A stretch of 60,473 bases of DNA from an uncultured archaeon. Its GTDB lineage: Archaea > EX4484-52 > JAADEF01. The notes beneath the pieces were generated by a model that did not search any database, was not told where the DNA came from, and worked only from the letters and a program-made list of their open reading frames with translations. Positions 30,093 to 40,806 of this stretch are shown piece by piece. Where the stretch lies: contig CAYOWP010000007.1 in NCBI GenBank assembly GCA_964407715.1, positions 1 through 60,473 on the forward strand, read 5' to 3'. The translations under genes and the position numbers were made by a program. How positions within the stretch are numbered: position 1 is the stretch's first letter; each line of letters begins with the position of its first letter.

Positions 30093-33000
30093 AGCGTTCA
30101 ATTTCCATTATCTCATCATAAAGCGAAAAGAGCACATTGAGATAGTTCTCTTTTCCATCTGATATCTCATCCATTACCTTCTCCATTTTACGTGTTGTCT
30201 CCTCTGAGATATATTGATAATACCTTTGTTTTAGGAAATCATATACCATCATCCCTTTTTGGGTTGGTATGAGACGGTTATTCTTCCTTATAATATAATT
30301 TCTTTTATATAATTTCTGTAAGATTGTGGCATAAGTGCTTGGCCTGCCTATACCCCTCTCCTTCATCAAAGATATTACATCAGCTTCTGTATATAAAGGA
30401 TATTTTGAAATCTTACGTGAGAAGATTTTGCCCTTATATTTTCCTTCTTTGATGTCAAGTGGAATTCCAATATAAGGATATAGGGCATATGCTAATCCTT
30501 CATATCTAAAAATTATCTCCTTCTCAATTTCAATTCTCTCATCAAGTATAAACTTAACTTTACCGCTGACTTCCTTATATGGCGGTGATTGAGATGCCAT
30601 AAATCTGCGGAATATTAAATCATAAACCGCTAAATGTCTCCATTCTAAAGGATTTGCAACTTGCAAGCTCCCTTCTTTAAGCAGGGCTACCAAATCTTCA
30701 CGTGATATTGGCTTAGTTGGTCTTATACATTCATGAGCCCCCTCTTCTCCACTACTCCATGTACGTGGTACTGCATTATCTCCGAGATATATCTTTGCGA
30801 TGTTGAGTCCTCTATCTGATACCCTTGTAGAATCTGTTCTGTGATAGGTTATCAAACCATTTTCAAATAAATCCTGCAATATTTTCATGCTTTCATCAGC
30901 AGGTATTTTCAATATCCTTGATATATCTTTGAGTATCTCATTTGTTGAATAAGGTGGTAAAGGAATCTTCTCTTTTTCCTTGACATCTGTAATCTTTATC
31001 TCAAAGCATACCTCTTTATTAACTAAATCATTTAGATTTCCTATTTCCTCATCATTTCCCAATTGAATCGTGTTATTCTCGAATGAAAGATAATATACAT
31101 TTATTTTTTCTTTATTTTTTTTGTATCTATCAATGATCCATCCTAATACAGGCGTCTGAACTCTTCCTGCAGAGATATTGCTTTCTTGAAATTCTTTTCT
31201 CAATAGAGAGGTAAGAGCATATCCTATCCATCTATCTTCTACTCTCCTCACTATTTGGGATCTTACTAAGTTCTCATTTATTTCCCTCAGATTTTCTAAT
31301 GCATTATCAATAGCTCTCTTTGTAACCTCATGAAATTCTGCACGGTATACGTTTGAGAATAATCTTGTGAAGTTTCCAATGTCCCATGCAATTTTTTCAC
31401 CTTCACTATCAGGATCAGTTGCCACTATAACACCAGCAACATCTTTAGCAATTTGCATTAAATTTGTGATGATTCTCTTTGAATCCATAAGATTTTCACA
31501 CTTACAATTACTAGGTTTGACATCTACAAATTGTATGCCGTGATTGGGACATTTTTTTATTGATCCATAATAAGGCCTTATTATTCCATTTTGTTTATCT
31601 ACTTCCACGCCATATACAAAGCCATTAGAGATTAAATCAACAACATGTCCCAAAGAAGCTGTAATTATAAGGAGGAATTTGCCAGTTGATATCTCATAAA
31701 ATACTTGATCTCCGTGGATGTATATTGCTGGTTTCCCATAGAATCTTGATATTTGTTTTGCTTTTGTTGGAGATTCGACCACAAATATAAAGGGTTTAAT
31801 GATTTCCTTGCTCTCTTTACTCCTTATATATTCTTCTCGTGTTTTGATAACATCCTCTAAACTTTTCTTTAATCTTTCTTCACTTATCTCCATGAAATCA
31901 ATATCATAAAATGATCCTCTATAGAAAAGAGCATCCAAATGCTCTTTATCATCAAAGATTATGCTGATTCCCTTTGTAATCCCAGATGAATACATGCGAG
32001 ATGTCCTTCCTGTGGCTTGTAGATAGGTTCTCAAATCTGGGAAGAAGATGTAATCTTCTTTTACAACAACACCTCTGCTTGCATATTTGAATTCTCTCTT
32101 TTTGAATATCTCCTTTAGTACTTCCTTTGCTATTTGTGGCTTATTTATATATTCATAATATTTTTGTTTAATTAAAGGATGTTCTTTTAATGTGTTTATA
32201 AGCATCACTATAACTCTATCTGAAATATCATCTATATCCTTTAAATATACCTTGAATCCTGGCACTTGATAAAATAATGCATATCTAACAATCAAAGGAG
32301 CATCTATTCCTCTAACCAACTTACCATAACTCACTGCAATTCCAATTATAACATCCAATTCTCCTTTTAAAAATAGCTCTATGTCCTTATCTTCAGATGA
32401 GATACCCAATCCAATATTAATACCTTTTTCTTTCAAATACTCATATAATATCTTAGCAGTTTCTTCTGTTGGAACAAAGATGATTCCCCCTTTACCCAAT
32501 TTTTTTATCATTTTCAGGATATTCTCTTTAATATCTTTTTCATTTGCAGAGTACATGTAATAATCATCAACATTTCTTACTGTATGATATGATTGACTCA
32601 CATCAAAACCCAACAAACTTCTGAATAGAAGAGATGCTCTTCCTTGTTTTGTTGTTGCTGTTGAGATCACCAAGATACCTCTTTTCCTATCTGGATGAAG
32701 CACCTTTGCTTTTTTAATTTCCTCAAAATCAAAATTTATTAATGAAAGAATCTTATCCACATTTCTAGATGTTTTCAACACAGCATCCAAGTCATCAACA
32801 AAGACAAAATCAAAGGTCATATTTCTAAGATGCTCATAGTTTTTTGTAAGAAATGCAGAAGTAGTTACAAGAACACTAAAATCCTTATTATTTATTCTCT
32901 CTAACATTTCCTCCTTTTCCTTTTTAGACAAATCTCCATGATAAAATACTATATTAACCTCTGAGAAATAATCTTCAAACCATGTCTTTATTTGATTAAC

Positions 33001-33399
33001 TAAGGATGTTGTTGGAACTATGATATAAGATTTCTTATTTTTAGTTGAAAGAAATGCAGCCATGGAGATACCAAATAATGTCTTTCCAGATCCTGTTGGA
33101 GCCTCTATAGAGAAGCTTCTCCCGTGGATTATTTTTTTAGCCCATAATCTTTGAATTGACCTTAAATATTTCTTTGTATGCTCATAAAAATACTTCTCGT
33201 ACTCCTCAAGAATAATGTCGCTCTCATCTTTTATATCACTGAATGAGATATTTTTGTTAGAGCATATTCCTCTTTTTATTTCCTCTATGCTAAGCTCTTT
33301 ATTACATACTGGGCATAGAGAGACATATGTTACATAAGTTAAATCCTGGGCCAAACTTTCTTTTTCTTCTTTCTTTTCAATAATGCTCTCCATAGACAT
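30082..33399 (-). CDS. rgy: Reverse gyrase (unsplit)
   Basis: N-terminal Zn finger, helicase-like APTGSGKT/DDLD, and topo IA motifs VESPTKA, DPDSEGE, SAGRVQTP, ITYHRTDS, GIGRPSTY. Confidence 0.97.
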   Translation of the reverse strand: MSMESIIEKKEEKESLAQDLTYVTYVSLCPVCNKELSIEEIKRGICSNKNISFSDIKDESDIILEEYEKYFYEHTKKYLRSIQRLWAKKIIHGRSFSIEAPTGSGKTLFGISMAAFLSTKNKKSYIIVPTTSLVNQIKTWFEDYFSEVNIVFYHGDLSKKEKEEMLERINNKDFSVLVTTSAFLTKNYEHLRNMTFDFVFVDDLDAVLKTSRNVDKILSLINFDFEEIKKAKVLHPDRKRGILVISTATTKQGRASLLFRSLLGFDVSQSYHTVRNVDDYYMYSANEKDIKENILKMIKKLGKGGIIFVPTEETAKILYEYLKEKGINIGLGISSEDKDIELFLKGELDVIIGIAVSYGKLVRGIDAPLIVRYALFYQVPGFKVYLKDIDDISDRVIVMLINTLKEHPLIKQKYYEYINKPQIAKEVLKEIFKKREFKYASRGVVVKEDYIFFPDLRTYLQATGRTSRMYSSGITKGISIIFDDKEHLDALFYRGSFYDIDFMEISEERLKKSLEDVIKTREEYIRSKESKEIIKPFIFVVESPTKAKQISRFYGKPAIYIHGDQVFYEISTGKFLLIITASLGHVVDLISNGFVYGVEVDKQNGIIRPYYGSIKKCPNHGIQFVDVKPSNCKCENLMDSKRIITNLMQIAKDVAGVIVATDPDSEGEKIAWDIGNFTRLFSNVYRAEFHEVTKRAIDNALENLREINENLVRSQIVRRVEDRWIGYALTSLLRKEFQESNISAGRVQTPVLGWIIDRYKKNKEKINVYYLSFENNTIQLGNDEEIGNLNDLVNKEVCFEIKITDVKEKEKIPLPPYSTNEILKDISRILKIPADESMKILQDLFENGLITYHRTDSTRVSDRGLNIAKIYLGDNAVPRTWSSGEEGAHECIRPTKPISREDLVALLKEGSLQVANPLEWRHLAVYDLIFRRFMASQSPPYKEVSGKVKFILDERIEIEKEIIFRYEGLAYALYPYIGIPLDIKEGKYKGKIFSRKISKYPLYTEADVISLMKERGIGRPSTYATILQKLYKRNYIIRKNNRLIPTQKGMMVYDFLKQRYYQYISEETTRKMEKVMDEISDGKENYLNVLFSLYDEIMEIERSKS

Positions 33400-33453
33400 A
33401 AAGATATATTATTCCTTTATTAATATTTTTAAAAAATATAACGTTTTCATGAT

Positions 33454-34001
33454 TTGCCAACTGAAAGAAATCTCTCTCGTTCTCCATAGCAGCATGATAA
33501 TCGGTTTAGAAGGTTAGATGCCTATGAAACGCTTAGAAGAGTTACCTGCTCCAATACGCCAAATGAGGAGGTTATTCCTCCACTTAACCATTTTTTAAAA
33601 TAAAAATGGTTAACGGGAGAATATCGCTATTACCACAAGGTTTGCAGCATGCTAACCCAAGTAAAAGGTTGGCCGCTCCCATGTGCTTTTGTAATTGGTA
33701 TGTCTCCCGTTAACCAATTATTTTGAATAAAAAATGGTTAACGGGAGGAAATCGCATTCCAAAAGTTCTTGAGCATGGTAACCATCCTAAAAGGTTAGCT
33801 GCTTCATATCCTCTGCCCGAAGGTTAGCTGCTCTAATATCATTTCTCGATATGGTATTTTTCTCCTTAACCAATTTTTTAAAATATATTTTGTTAACGCG
33901 AGAAAACTGCCTTTTCAATCACATTACAGAGTGTTAACCTTCTCTTAAATGATAGATGCTATGATGCACGTGATTAAGAGAGTTCATTTCCACCTTAAAC
34001 A
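33454..34001. repeat. Palindromic-unit tandem array 3 (4 units, opposite polarity to array 2)
   Basis: Units at about 33454-33590, 33607-33716, 33735-33872 and 33891-34001, between the divergent rgy and cysS genes. Confidence 0.88.
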
Positions 34002-34066
34002 AAAGAAATTTTCTATTAAGATGGTGGAGAATATCTATTTAAAATTTTTCTATAAAAAATATACTT

Positions 34067-35539
34067 ATGGAAAATAAGAGAGAACTTAAGATATACAATA
34101 CTTTATCTCGTCAAGTTGAAATCTTTAAGCCTCTGAACTCAAAGTTGGTGGGGATGTATGTTTGTGGATTAACACCTTATGATTATGCGCACATTGGACA
34201 TGCGAGAACCTATGTATTTTTTGATGTTCTGAAAAGATTTTTACAATATGTTGGATATAATGTTAAATATGTTCAAAACTTCACTGATGTGGATGATAAG
34301 ATAGTTAATAGAGCTTTAGAAGAAGGAAAAAAATATTATGAGATAAGTAGGAAATATGAGGAGGAGTTTCTTAAAGATATGGATGCATTAAATGTGTTAA
34401 AGCCAGATATAATGCCAAGGGTAAGTGAACACATAAAGGAAATAGATGATTTAATAAGTATACTTAAAAATAAAGGATTTGCATACGAAATCTCAGATGG
34501 CATTTATTTTCATGTTCCTAAGTTCAGAGAATATGGCAAATTATCACATCAAAATCTTGATGAACTAAACAGACATAGAATAGAGCCAAATCCTGAAAAG
34601 AAAGATATAAAGGATTTTGCTTTATGGAAATTTGCAAAAGATGAGGACTATAAAGTAGGGAGTGTATTTGAGATTAATTCTGGTAAGGCAGGTAGACCTG
34701 GATGGCATATAGAGTGTTCTGCAATGAGCATGAAGTATTTGGGAGAGAGCTTTGATATTCATGGTGGTGGTAAGGATTTGATATTTCCACATCATGAGAA
34801 TGAGATTGCTCAAAGTGAAGCTGCTACAGGTAAAAGATTTGCTAAATATTGGATACATGTGCACTTTGTAAATATCCAAGGAGAAAAAATGAGTAAGAGT
34901 TTAAGGAACTTTGTTAGAATAAGGGATGCTCTCAAAATCTACGAAGCATCTACTTTAAGATTATTCCTTCTAAGCGCCCATTATCGTAAGGACATTGATT
35001 ACAATAAAGAGATTCTTGAGCAGATGAGAAAAATAGATAGAGAGATAAGAAGGGGTATTGGTATTATGGTTTATGAACTTAACTCAAAGAATGCATATCT
35101 TGAAAGAAGGAATGAGCATGTTAAAGAAATAAAGGAGAAAATAAATGAGTTTCATGAGAGATTTTTAGATGCCTTATATAATGATTTGCATACTGAAAAA
35201 GCAATAGCAGTCATGAAATCTTTTATGGAGTATTTTGTTAAGATATCTCAGGAATATGCTAAAAAACAAGAAGAGATGCAAGAACAGGTATTGCACCACT
35301 TTTATGATGTTTTTGGTATAATGAATGACATATTAGGAATATATAAAGATGACATTTTTGATTTCTCATTATCTCAAGAGATTTTGGATTTAATAAAGAG
35401 GAGAGAGCAATATAGAGAGCAAGGTAAATTTGACGATGCAGATAAGATAAGGAGCATTCTAAATGAAAAGGGATATGTTGTTGAGGATTTCTATTCAAAA
35501 ACAATAGCATATCCAAGAACATTAGTTGAGATTAAATGA
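34067..35539 (+). CDS. cysS: Cysteine--tRNA ligase
   Basis: YVCG, HIGH, GRPGWHIECSAM, FPHHENE, KMSKS. Confidence 0.97.
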   Translation: MENKRELKIYNTLSRQVEIFKPLNSKLVGMYVCGLTPYDYAHIGHARTYVFFDVLKRFLQYVGYNVKYVQNFTDVDDKIVNRALEEGKKYYEISRKYEEEFLKDMDALNVLKPDIMPRVSEHIKEIDDLISILKNKGFAYEISDGIYFHVPKFREYGKLSHQNLDELNRHRIEPNPEKKDIKDFALWKFAKDEDYKVGSVFEINSGKAGRPGWHIECSAMSMKYLGESFDIHGGGKDLIFPHHENEIAQSEAATGKRFAKYWIHVHFVNIQGEKMSKSLRNFVRIRDALKIYEASTLRLFLLSAHYRKDIDYNKEILEQMRKIDREIRRGIGIMVYELNSKNAYLERRNEHVKEIKEKINEFHERFLDALYNDLHTEKAIAVMKSFMEYFVKISQEYAKKQEEMQEQVLHHFYDVFGIMNDILGIYKDDIFDFSLSQEILDLIKRREQYREQGKFDDADKIRSILNEKGYVVEDFYSKTIAYPRTLVEIK

Positions 35540-35554
35540 TGGCGAGGGAGAAAA

Positions 35555-36412
35555 ATGGTAATTTATGTCATCAAAAATAGCGGAGAAAGAGACGTTTTTG
35601 ACAAATCCAAGATAATACAAAGTTGTTTGAGGGCAGGTGCAAGGTTAGAAGATGCTGAAAAAATAGCAGATGAAGTTGAGAAGAAAATATATGATGGCAT
35701 TAGAACGAGAGATGTAATGAAACTAGTAAAGGAGAATCTTAGGAAATTGAAATTGCATCCTGTTTATGTAAGATATCCGCTAAAGGATGCTCTATTCAAA
35801 TTAAATCCAGACAATTATGAGTTTGAGTATTATATAGCGAATTTATTTAGGTATTTAGGATATGAAGCACAGAGAAGCCTTTTGCCTAAATTACGCGGAT
35901 TTTGTGTTGATCATGAGATAGATGTCTTCTTACTCAAAGATGGAAAGGCAGGGTTTGTTGAGGTAAAGCATAGATCACGAGAAGATAAATATGTGCATTT
36001 GGATGTGGTAATGTATCATTATGCCAGATTCTTGGATTTTGTTAAAGGATATAAAGAGGGAAAGGTTAACTTTAAAGGAAAACCTGATTCATGTTGGGTA
36101 GTAACCAATACAAAGTTCACATATCATGCTATAAAATATTCTCAATGCTATGGAATTAAGCTGTTAGGATGGAATTTTCCATATGATAACGGAATCAATG
36201 CTATAATTGAGAGATACAAGGCATATCCTCTTACCCTTTTCAATATCAAGTCATATATACGCGAGATCTTATTTGAAAAATATGGGGTTATAGATGCCAA
36301 TGATTTGTATAATATGGACAAGGAAGTCCTGAAAAAATATTTAAAGAAAGATTACAATTCTGTTATTAAGAAACTTTATATGGTAATGGAGGAACCATCA
36401 TTGAAAAAATAG
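35555..36412 (+). CDS. ATP-cone plus PD-(D/E)XK (Mrr-like) nuclease fusion
   Basis: VIKNSGERDVFDKSKI ATP-cone, and FEYYIA..HEIDV..FVEVK..VTNTKFT nuclease motifs. Confidence 0.85.
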   Translation: MVIYVIKNSGERDVFDKSKIIQSCLRAGARLEDAEKIADEVEKKIYDGIRTRDVMKLVKENLRKLKLHPVYVRYPLKDALFKLNPDNYEFEYYIANLFRYLGYEAQRSLLPKLRGFCVDHEIDVFLLKDGKAGFVEVKHRSREDKYVHLDVVMYHYARFLDFVKGYKEGKVNFKGKPDSCWVVTNTKFTYHAIKYSQCYGIKLLGWNFPYDNGINAIIERYKAYPLTLFNIKSYIREILFEKYGVIDANDLYNMDKEVLKKYLKKDYNSVIKKLYMVMEEPSLKK

Positions 36413-36420
36413 GTGGTTTT

Positions 36421-36912
36421 ATGGGCAATAAATATGACAGGATGAAGATATGCGTAATCATAATATTATTGCTCTTTGTTGGAAGTTCTATTGGATTGGG
36501 GATTCTTATGATGCCTTCATCAAACACCAATCCTGAAATCCCTAAATCAATGGTGGTTTCATCATTAACACCTCAACAAGAGCAAACTATAATCAAATAT
36601 GGAGGCACAATAATTTACTTTGAGCATGAGCCTTCATGTAGGTATTGTAGTATTCTCTTAGATAGAATGGAAGGTGCTCTATCAAAATTGCGACCTTATG
36701 TGTTCATAGTATATAAGGAAAGCGATGCAACATTATTAAGAGTTGTTAATGTTTATGGTGAGAAAAGCTTAACATCTGGCGGATTAAAGGATCTCCTTAC
36801 ATTTGTATGTACTGCTATACCACCCAATACTAAACAACACGACATATGCCTTGATTTGGTGATAACTGTTAAAAATGAGTCATTGATGAATGCCTCTTAT
36901 TCATCGGAGTGA
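36421..36912 (+). CDS. Membrane-anchored protein with CxxC (thioredoxin-like, tentative)
   Basis: N-terminal TM segment and CRYC motif. Confidence 0.6.
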   Translation: MGNKYDRMKICVIIILLLFVGSSIGLGILMMPSSNTNPEIPKSMVVSSLTPQQEQTIIKYGGTIIYFEHEPSCRYCSILLDRMEGALSKLRPYVFIVYKESDATLLRVVNVYGEKSLTSGGLKDLLTFVCTAIPPNTKQHDICLDLVITVKNESLMNASYSSE

Positions 36913-36916
36913 GAAT

Positions 36917-39571
36917 ATGGATGAGAAAGCAATAAAAGAGGAGTTTAAAAAGAAGGCTCAAAAAAATCCTGAGAAGTATTATCCTATTAACTTTCTTAAA
37001 GAAAGAGGGTTTGTAAGGAAAAAATGCTCAAAATGTGGAAACTTTTTCTGGACATTAGATAGTGAGCGCGAGATTTGTGGTGATCCAATATGTATTGGAG
37101 GATATGCTTTTATAGGTAAAAAGAATACCTCAGTAAAGTTGGATTTCATAGCTTCTTGGAAACTATTTAGCAAGATATTCAAAAAACTTGGGTATAAGCC
37201 GATACCTAGATATCCTGTACTCGCAAGATGGAGGGATGACTTAGAATTTGTTATAGCATCAATTGCTGATTTTCAGCCATATGTTGTTAATGGTATAGTA
37301 GAACCCCCTGCCAATCCTTTAGTAGTTCCGCAGTTCTGTCTTAGGTTCACGGATATTGATAATGTGGGATATACAGGCAGACATTATACAGGATTTGTTA
37401 TGATTGGGCAACATGCCTTTGTTCCAAAGCATGAATATGATAAAGAGAAATATCTTTCAGATATACATTACTGGTTAACTCATGGCATGGGAATAAAAGA
37501 GGAGGAGATCATATATCATGAGGATGTGTGGGCTGGTGGTGGGAATCTTGGTCCAAGTATGGAATTCTTTAGCAGGGGTTTGGAGATAGGTAATCAGGTA
37601 TACATGGAGTATGATATCACTTCAGGAGATATTAAAGATTTAAATATCTCTGTGTTGGATATGGGGATGGGTCAGGAAAGAGTTGCATGGTTCTCTCAAG
37701 GAAGTTTTACAAGTTATGAGGCAAATTTTCCTACAGTCATGAGGATGCTCTATGAAAAGACAGGCATTAAACCTGATCATGAGGTGTGGGATAGATTTTT
37801 GCCATTATCTGCTTTACTTAATATTGATGAGGTGGCAGATATTGATAAGGTGTGGTTTAATATAAGTCAGCGATTAGGTATGGATATGGAGACATTAAAA
37901 GAAAAAATAGAGCCTTTAGCAGGTTTATATGCTGTTGCTGAACACTCAAGAACATTGCTTTTTGCTATCTCAGATGGTGCAATACTTAGTAATGTTGGTG
38001 GCGGATATAACTTGCGTGTGATTGCAAGAAGATGCTTTGATATAATTCGAAAATTCTCTTTTTCCATCGATATATACGAGATAATGGAGGAACATGCAAA
38101 ATACTTAAAAAAGCAATATCCTGAGTTAATGGAGAACCTTGAAAGCGTAAGGAAAATAATAGATGTGGAATATAAAAAGTATCTTAAGAGCAAGGAAACT
38201 GCAAGAAATATTTTATCAAAATACAAAAATAAAAAAATAACTGTTGATGAGATGATTATGCTCTATGACACTTATGGTATCTCACCTCAAATCCTTAAAG
38301 AAGAAAAGCTTATAGAGAAAATACCAGATAACTTCTATGTTTTGGTTTCGCAAATGCATAAAGATAAGAGAAGCATTGCTAAAGCACAGACAAAGAGAGA
38401 TTTGGAGATAACATTGGAAAACATTCCAGAAACAAAGATCCTTTACTGGGGAGATTGGAAGTTAACTTCTTTTGAGGCAAGGGTTTTAGAGGTGCATGAT
38501 AATTATGTAATCTTGGATCGCACTGCCTTTTACCCAACTTCTGGAGGTCAATTACATGATACAGGTTGGCTAATCATAGAAAATGGCAAGAGATGTTTTG
38601 TAAGAGATGTATTAAAGAAGGATAATTATGTGGTGCATGTGGTTGATCATAGCGGCAAAATTAAGAGAGGTATGAAGGTGAGAGGAGAGGTTGATTTTGA
38701 AAGAAGAAAACAGCTTACCCAACATCACACAGCAACTCACATATTAAATGATGCATGTAGAAAAGTCTTGGGAAATCATATATGGCAAGCAGGTGCAGAA
38801 AAAACAATGGAAAAAGCGAGGTTGGATGTGACCCATTATGAATTGCCAACCTTTGAAGAGGTTCAAGCAATTGAGAGAGTAGCAAATGAAATCATCCAGA
38901 AGGATTTGCCAGTAGAAAAGATGATTGTTGAGAGAAATATTGCTGAAAAAGAATATGGCTTTAGGATTTATCAAGGTGGTGCTCCTCCAGGAAAATACTT
39001 GAGAATTGTTAAGATTGGCGATGATGTTGAGGCATGTGGAGGTACTCATCTAAATTCTACTTTAGAGGCAAACTTTATCAAGATTATCTCTGTTAGCAAA
39101 CTTCAGGATGGAGTGATAAGATTTGAATTTGTTGCTGGAAAGAGAGCAGTGGAATATGTTCAAGAGATGGAAAGGATTCTTCATGACTCATCACAAGTTT
39201 TTTCAGTATCTTATAAACACTTGCCAAGCACTGCAAAGAAATTCTTTGAGGAATGGAAATCTCAGCGCAAGGAAATTGAGCGCTTGAAGGAAATGGAGAT
39301 TCTACTTCTTAAGGATAAGATACTTAGAAATGTTAAGGAAGAGAAAGACATGGCAATATCTTATATAAGAACAGATGTAGATATCAAGAATGTTATGAGA
39401 GCATTTGATAGCATAAAAGAAATTAACATTTCTGCTTTAGTGATAGAAAGAGAGAAAGATAGAATCATTATCTCCAAAAAAGATAACGCTCGCGAAATAG
39501 CGAAATTGATTTTTAATGTGTCCGAGAAAAACATCAAAGGAAAGAATAGACTCGCTATCATAAATAAATAA
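36917..39571 (+). CDS. alaS: Alanine--tRNA ligase (archaeal type, unsplit)
   Basis: ASIADFQP, GRHYTGF, WAGGG, FYPTSGGQLHDTG, HTATH, EACGGTH. The start is placed at ATG 36917. Confidence 0.97.
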   Translation: MDEKAIKEEFKKKAQKNPEKYYPINFLKERGFVRKKCSKCGNFFWTLDSEREICGDPICIGGYAFIGKKNTSVKLDFIASWKLFSKIFKKLGYKPIPRYPVLARWRDDLEFVIASIADFQPYVVNGIVEPPANPLVVPQFCLRFTDIDNVGYTGRHYTGFVMIGQHAFVPKHEYDKEKYLSDIHYWLTHGMGIKEEEIIYHEDVWAGGGNLGPSMEFFSRGLEIGNQVYMEYDITSGDIKDLNISVLDMGMGQERVAWFSQGSFTSYEANFPTVMRMLYEKTGIKPDHEVWDRFLPLSALLNIDEVADIDKVWFNISQRLGMDMETLKEKIEPLAGLYAVAEHSRTLLFAISDGAILSNVGGGYNLRVIARRCFDIIRKFSFSIDIYEIMEEHAKYLKKQYPELMENLESVRKIIDVEYKKYLKSKETARNILSKYKNKKITVDEMIMLYDTYGISPQILKEEKLIEKIPDNFYVLVSQMHKDKRSIAKAQTKRDLEITLENIPETKILYWGDWKLTSFEARVLEVHDNYVILDRTAFYPTSGGQLHDTGWLIIENGKRCFVRDVLKKDNYVVHVVDHSGKIKRGMKVRGEVDFERRKQLTQHHTATHILNDACRKVLGNHIWQAGAEKTMEKARLDVTHYELPTFEEVQAIERVANEIIQKDLPVEKMIVERNIAEKEYGFRIYQGGAPPGKYLRIVKIGDDVEACGGTHLNSTLEANFIKIISVSKLQDGVIRFEFVAGKRAVEYVQEMERILHDSSQVFSVSYKHLPSTAKKFFEEWKSQRKEIERLKEMEILLLKDKILRNVKEEKDMAISYIRTDVDIKNVMRAFDSIKEINISALVIEREKDRIIISKKDNAREIAKLIFNVSEKNIKGKNRLAIINK

Positions 39572-39576
39572 CTCAT

Positions 39577-40674
39577 TTACTGGATTTTACAGCATCTTAC
39601 ATAGCATGTAGCTGCTAAATCATCTGCACCACATTTCCAACCATTTCCTACAGGATAAGACTGAACCCAATATAGTTTATCTGAGCCATGAATGGCCATT
39701 CCTCCACCTGTCATTACAGTTCCTGCTGGACAATAAACGGTACACGTTCCATCAGCTGGTGCACTACAAGTATAAGTAGAGCAGGATAAACTCCCACCAC
39801 CAACCTCACTCCACTTACTCTTACATCCATCACTTAAACATAATCTTCCAGCTTTGATTGTACCATCTCTTGTCATATATGCAGTTAAACTACCTCCACT
39901 TCCAACTCCTACAGTTCCTTCAGCATAAACATCCCATGTATGGATTCCACCTCCCCAACCGCTAGGATATCCACTATCAGGATCAAATCCATAAGTCCCT
40001 AATCTTCCACTAACCTTAACAGATCCACCACTAATCGTTAATTTATCGGTTGGTGAGCTTGTACCTATACCAACCTTACCATTAACATATAAGTTTCCAA
40101 CATTCTTTATATCTCTCCCTCCAGCATCATTTCCTCTACTTAAAACCTGCGATAAAGTTTGCAATTCATTAGTAGGATCAGCATCAGCATCATTTACTTG
40201 ATCAACTCCACATCTTATTCTTCCACTACTATCTGTATATAACTTACCATTACAACTAACTAAAGATGATATTTTCACATCTCCACTAACATCCAACTTT
40301 GCTGTTGGTGAAGCTGTTCCTATTCCAACTCTTCCAGTGCTAACATCCACAAATAACTTACCAGAACCGATGTTCAAGTTACCTGATGCGATAATAGCGC
40401 CAGCAGAGTTTAATCCGCCTACATTGATTGTGTGCGTAGTGGTGGCTCCATTGTTTGTTATGTCTTGTAATGTGTCTTCTATGATTCCAGCATCTATCCT
40501 TCCATTATTATCTGAGTCAATGGTTGTTAAATCACTTTTAGTTTTTGCAATTTGCGAGAGATAATGCCATGGTCTTGTTATGTCAACTTTTACAGCTAAG
40601 GCTAATGAATAAAAGAGCACGAGGATTATCAAGACCTGGATTCCTATTGATATGAGTTTTTGTGAGCGTTTCAT
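39577..40674 (-). CDS. Secreted fibre/adhesin-like protein with Cys-rich tip domain
   Basis: N-terminal signal/TM segment, two G(R/K)VGIGT.SPT.KL.(V/I)SG repeats, and C-terminal CPAGTVMTGGG..SYP..GWKC..CYVRCC. Confidence 0.75.
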   Translation of the reverse strand: MKRSQKLISIGIQVLIILVLFYSLALAVKVDITRPWHYLSQIAKTKSDLTTIDSDNNGRIDAGIIEDTLQDITNNGATTTHTINVGGLNSAGAIIASGNLNIGSGKLFVDVSTGRVGIGTASPTAKLDVSGDVKISSLVSCNGKLYTDSSGRIRCGVDQVNDADADPTNELQTLSQVLSRGNDAGGRDIKNVGNLYVNGKVGIGTSSPTDKLTISGGSVKVSGRLGTYGFDPDSGYPSGWGGGIHTWDVYAEGTVGVGSGGSLTAYMTRDGTIKAGRLCLSDGCKSKWSEVGGGSLSCSTYTCSAPADGTCTVYCPAGTVMTGGGMAIHGSDKLYWVQSYPVGNGWKCGADDLAATCYVRCCKIQ

Positions 40675-40718
40675 ATATTTTTATAGAGGTTAAAGGAGTA
40701 TATATAGATTTCAATGAA

Positions 40719-40804
40719 TGCGAGGGGCGGGATTTGAACCCGCGCAGGCACTAAGCCACTACCCCCTCAAGGTAGCGCGATTGACCAGGCTACGCGACCC
40801 TCGC
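40719..40804 (-). tRNA. tRNA-Leu(GAG)
   Basis: Reverse complement folds with anticodon arm CTACC-TTGAGGG-GGTAG and a long variable arm. Confidence 0.95.
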
Positions 40805-40806
40805 AC

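Noticed and set aside
33454-34001. Units as integron attC sites (CALIN)
   Set aside because: Length, palindromy and GTTAAGC/GCTTAAC words are suggestive. However, the R''/R' order is reversed relative to the unit, no ORFs lie between units and no integrase is in the window.
30082-39571. Split genes as in Nanoarchaeum equitans (reverse gyrase, AlaRS)
   Set aside because: Both are single intact ORFs here, and the four tRNAs are intact and intron-less.
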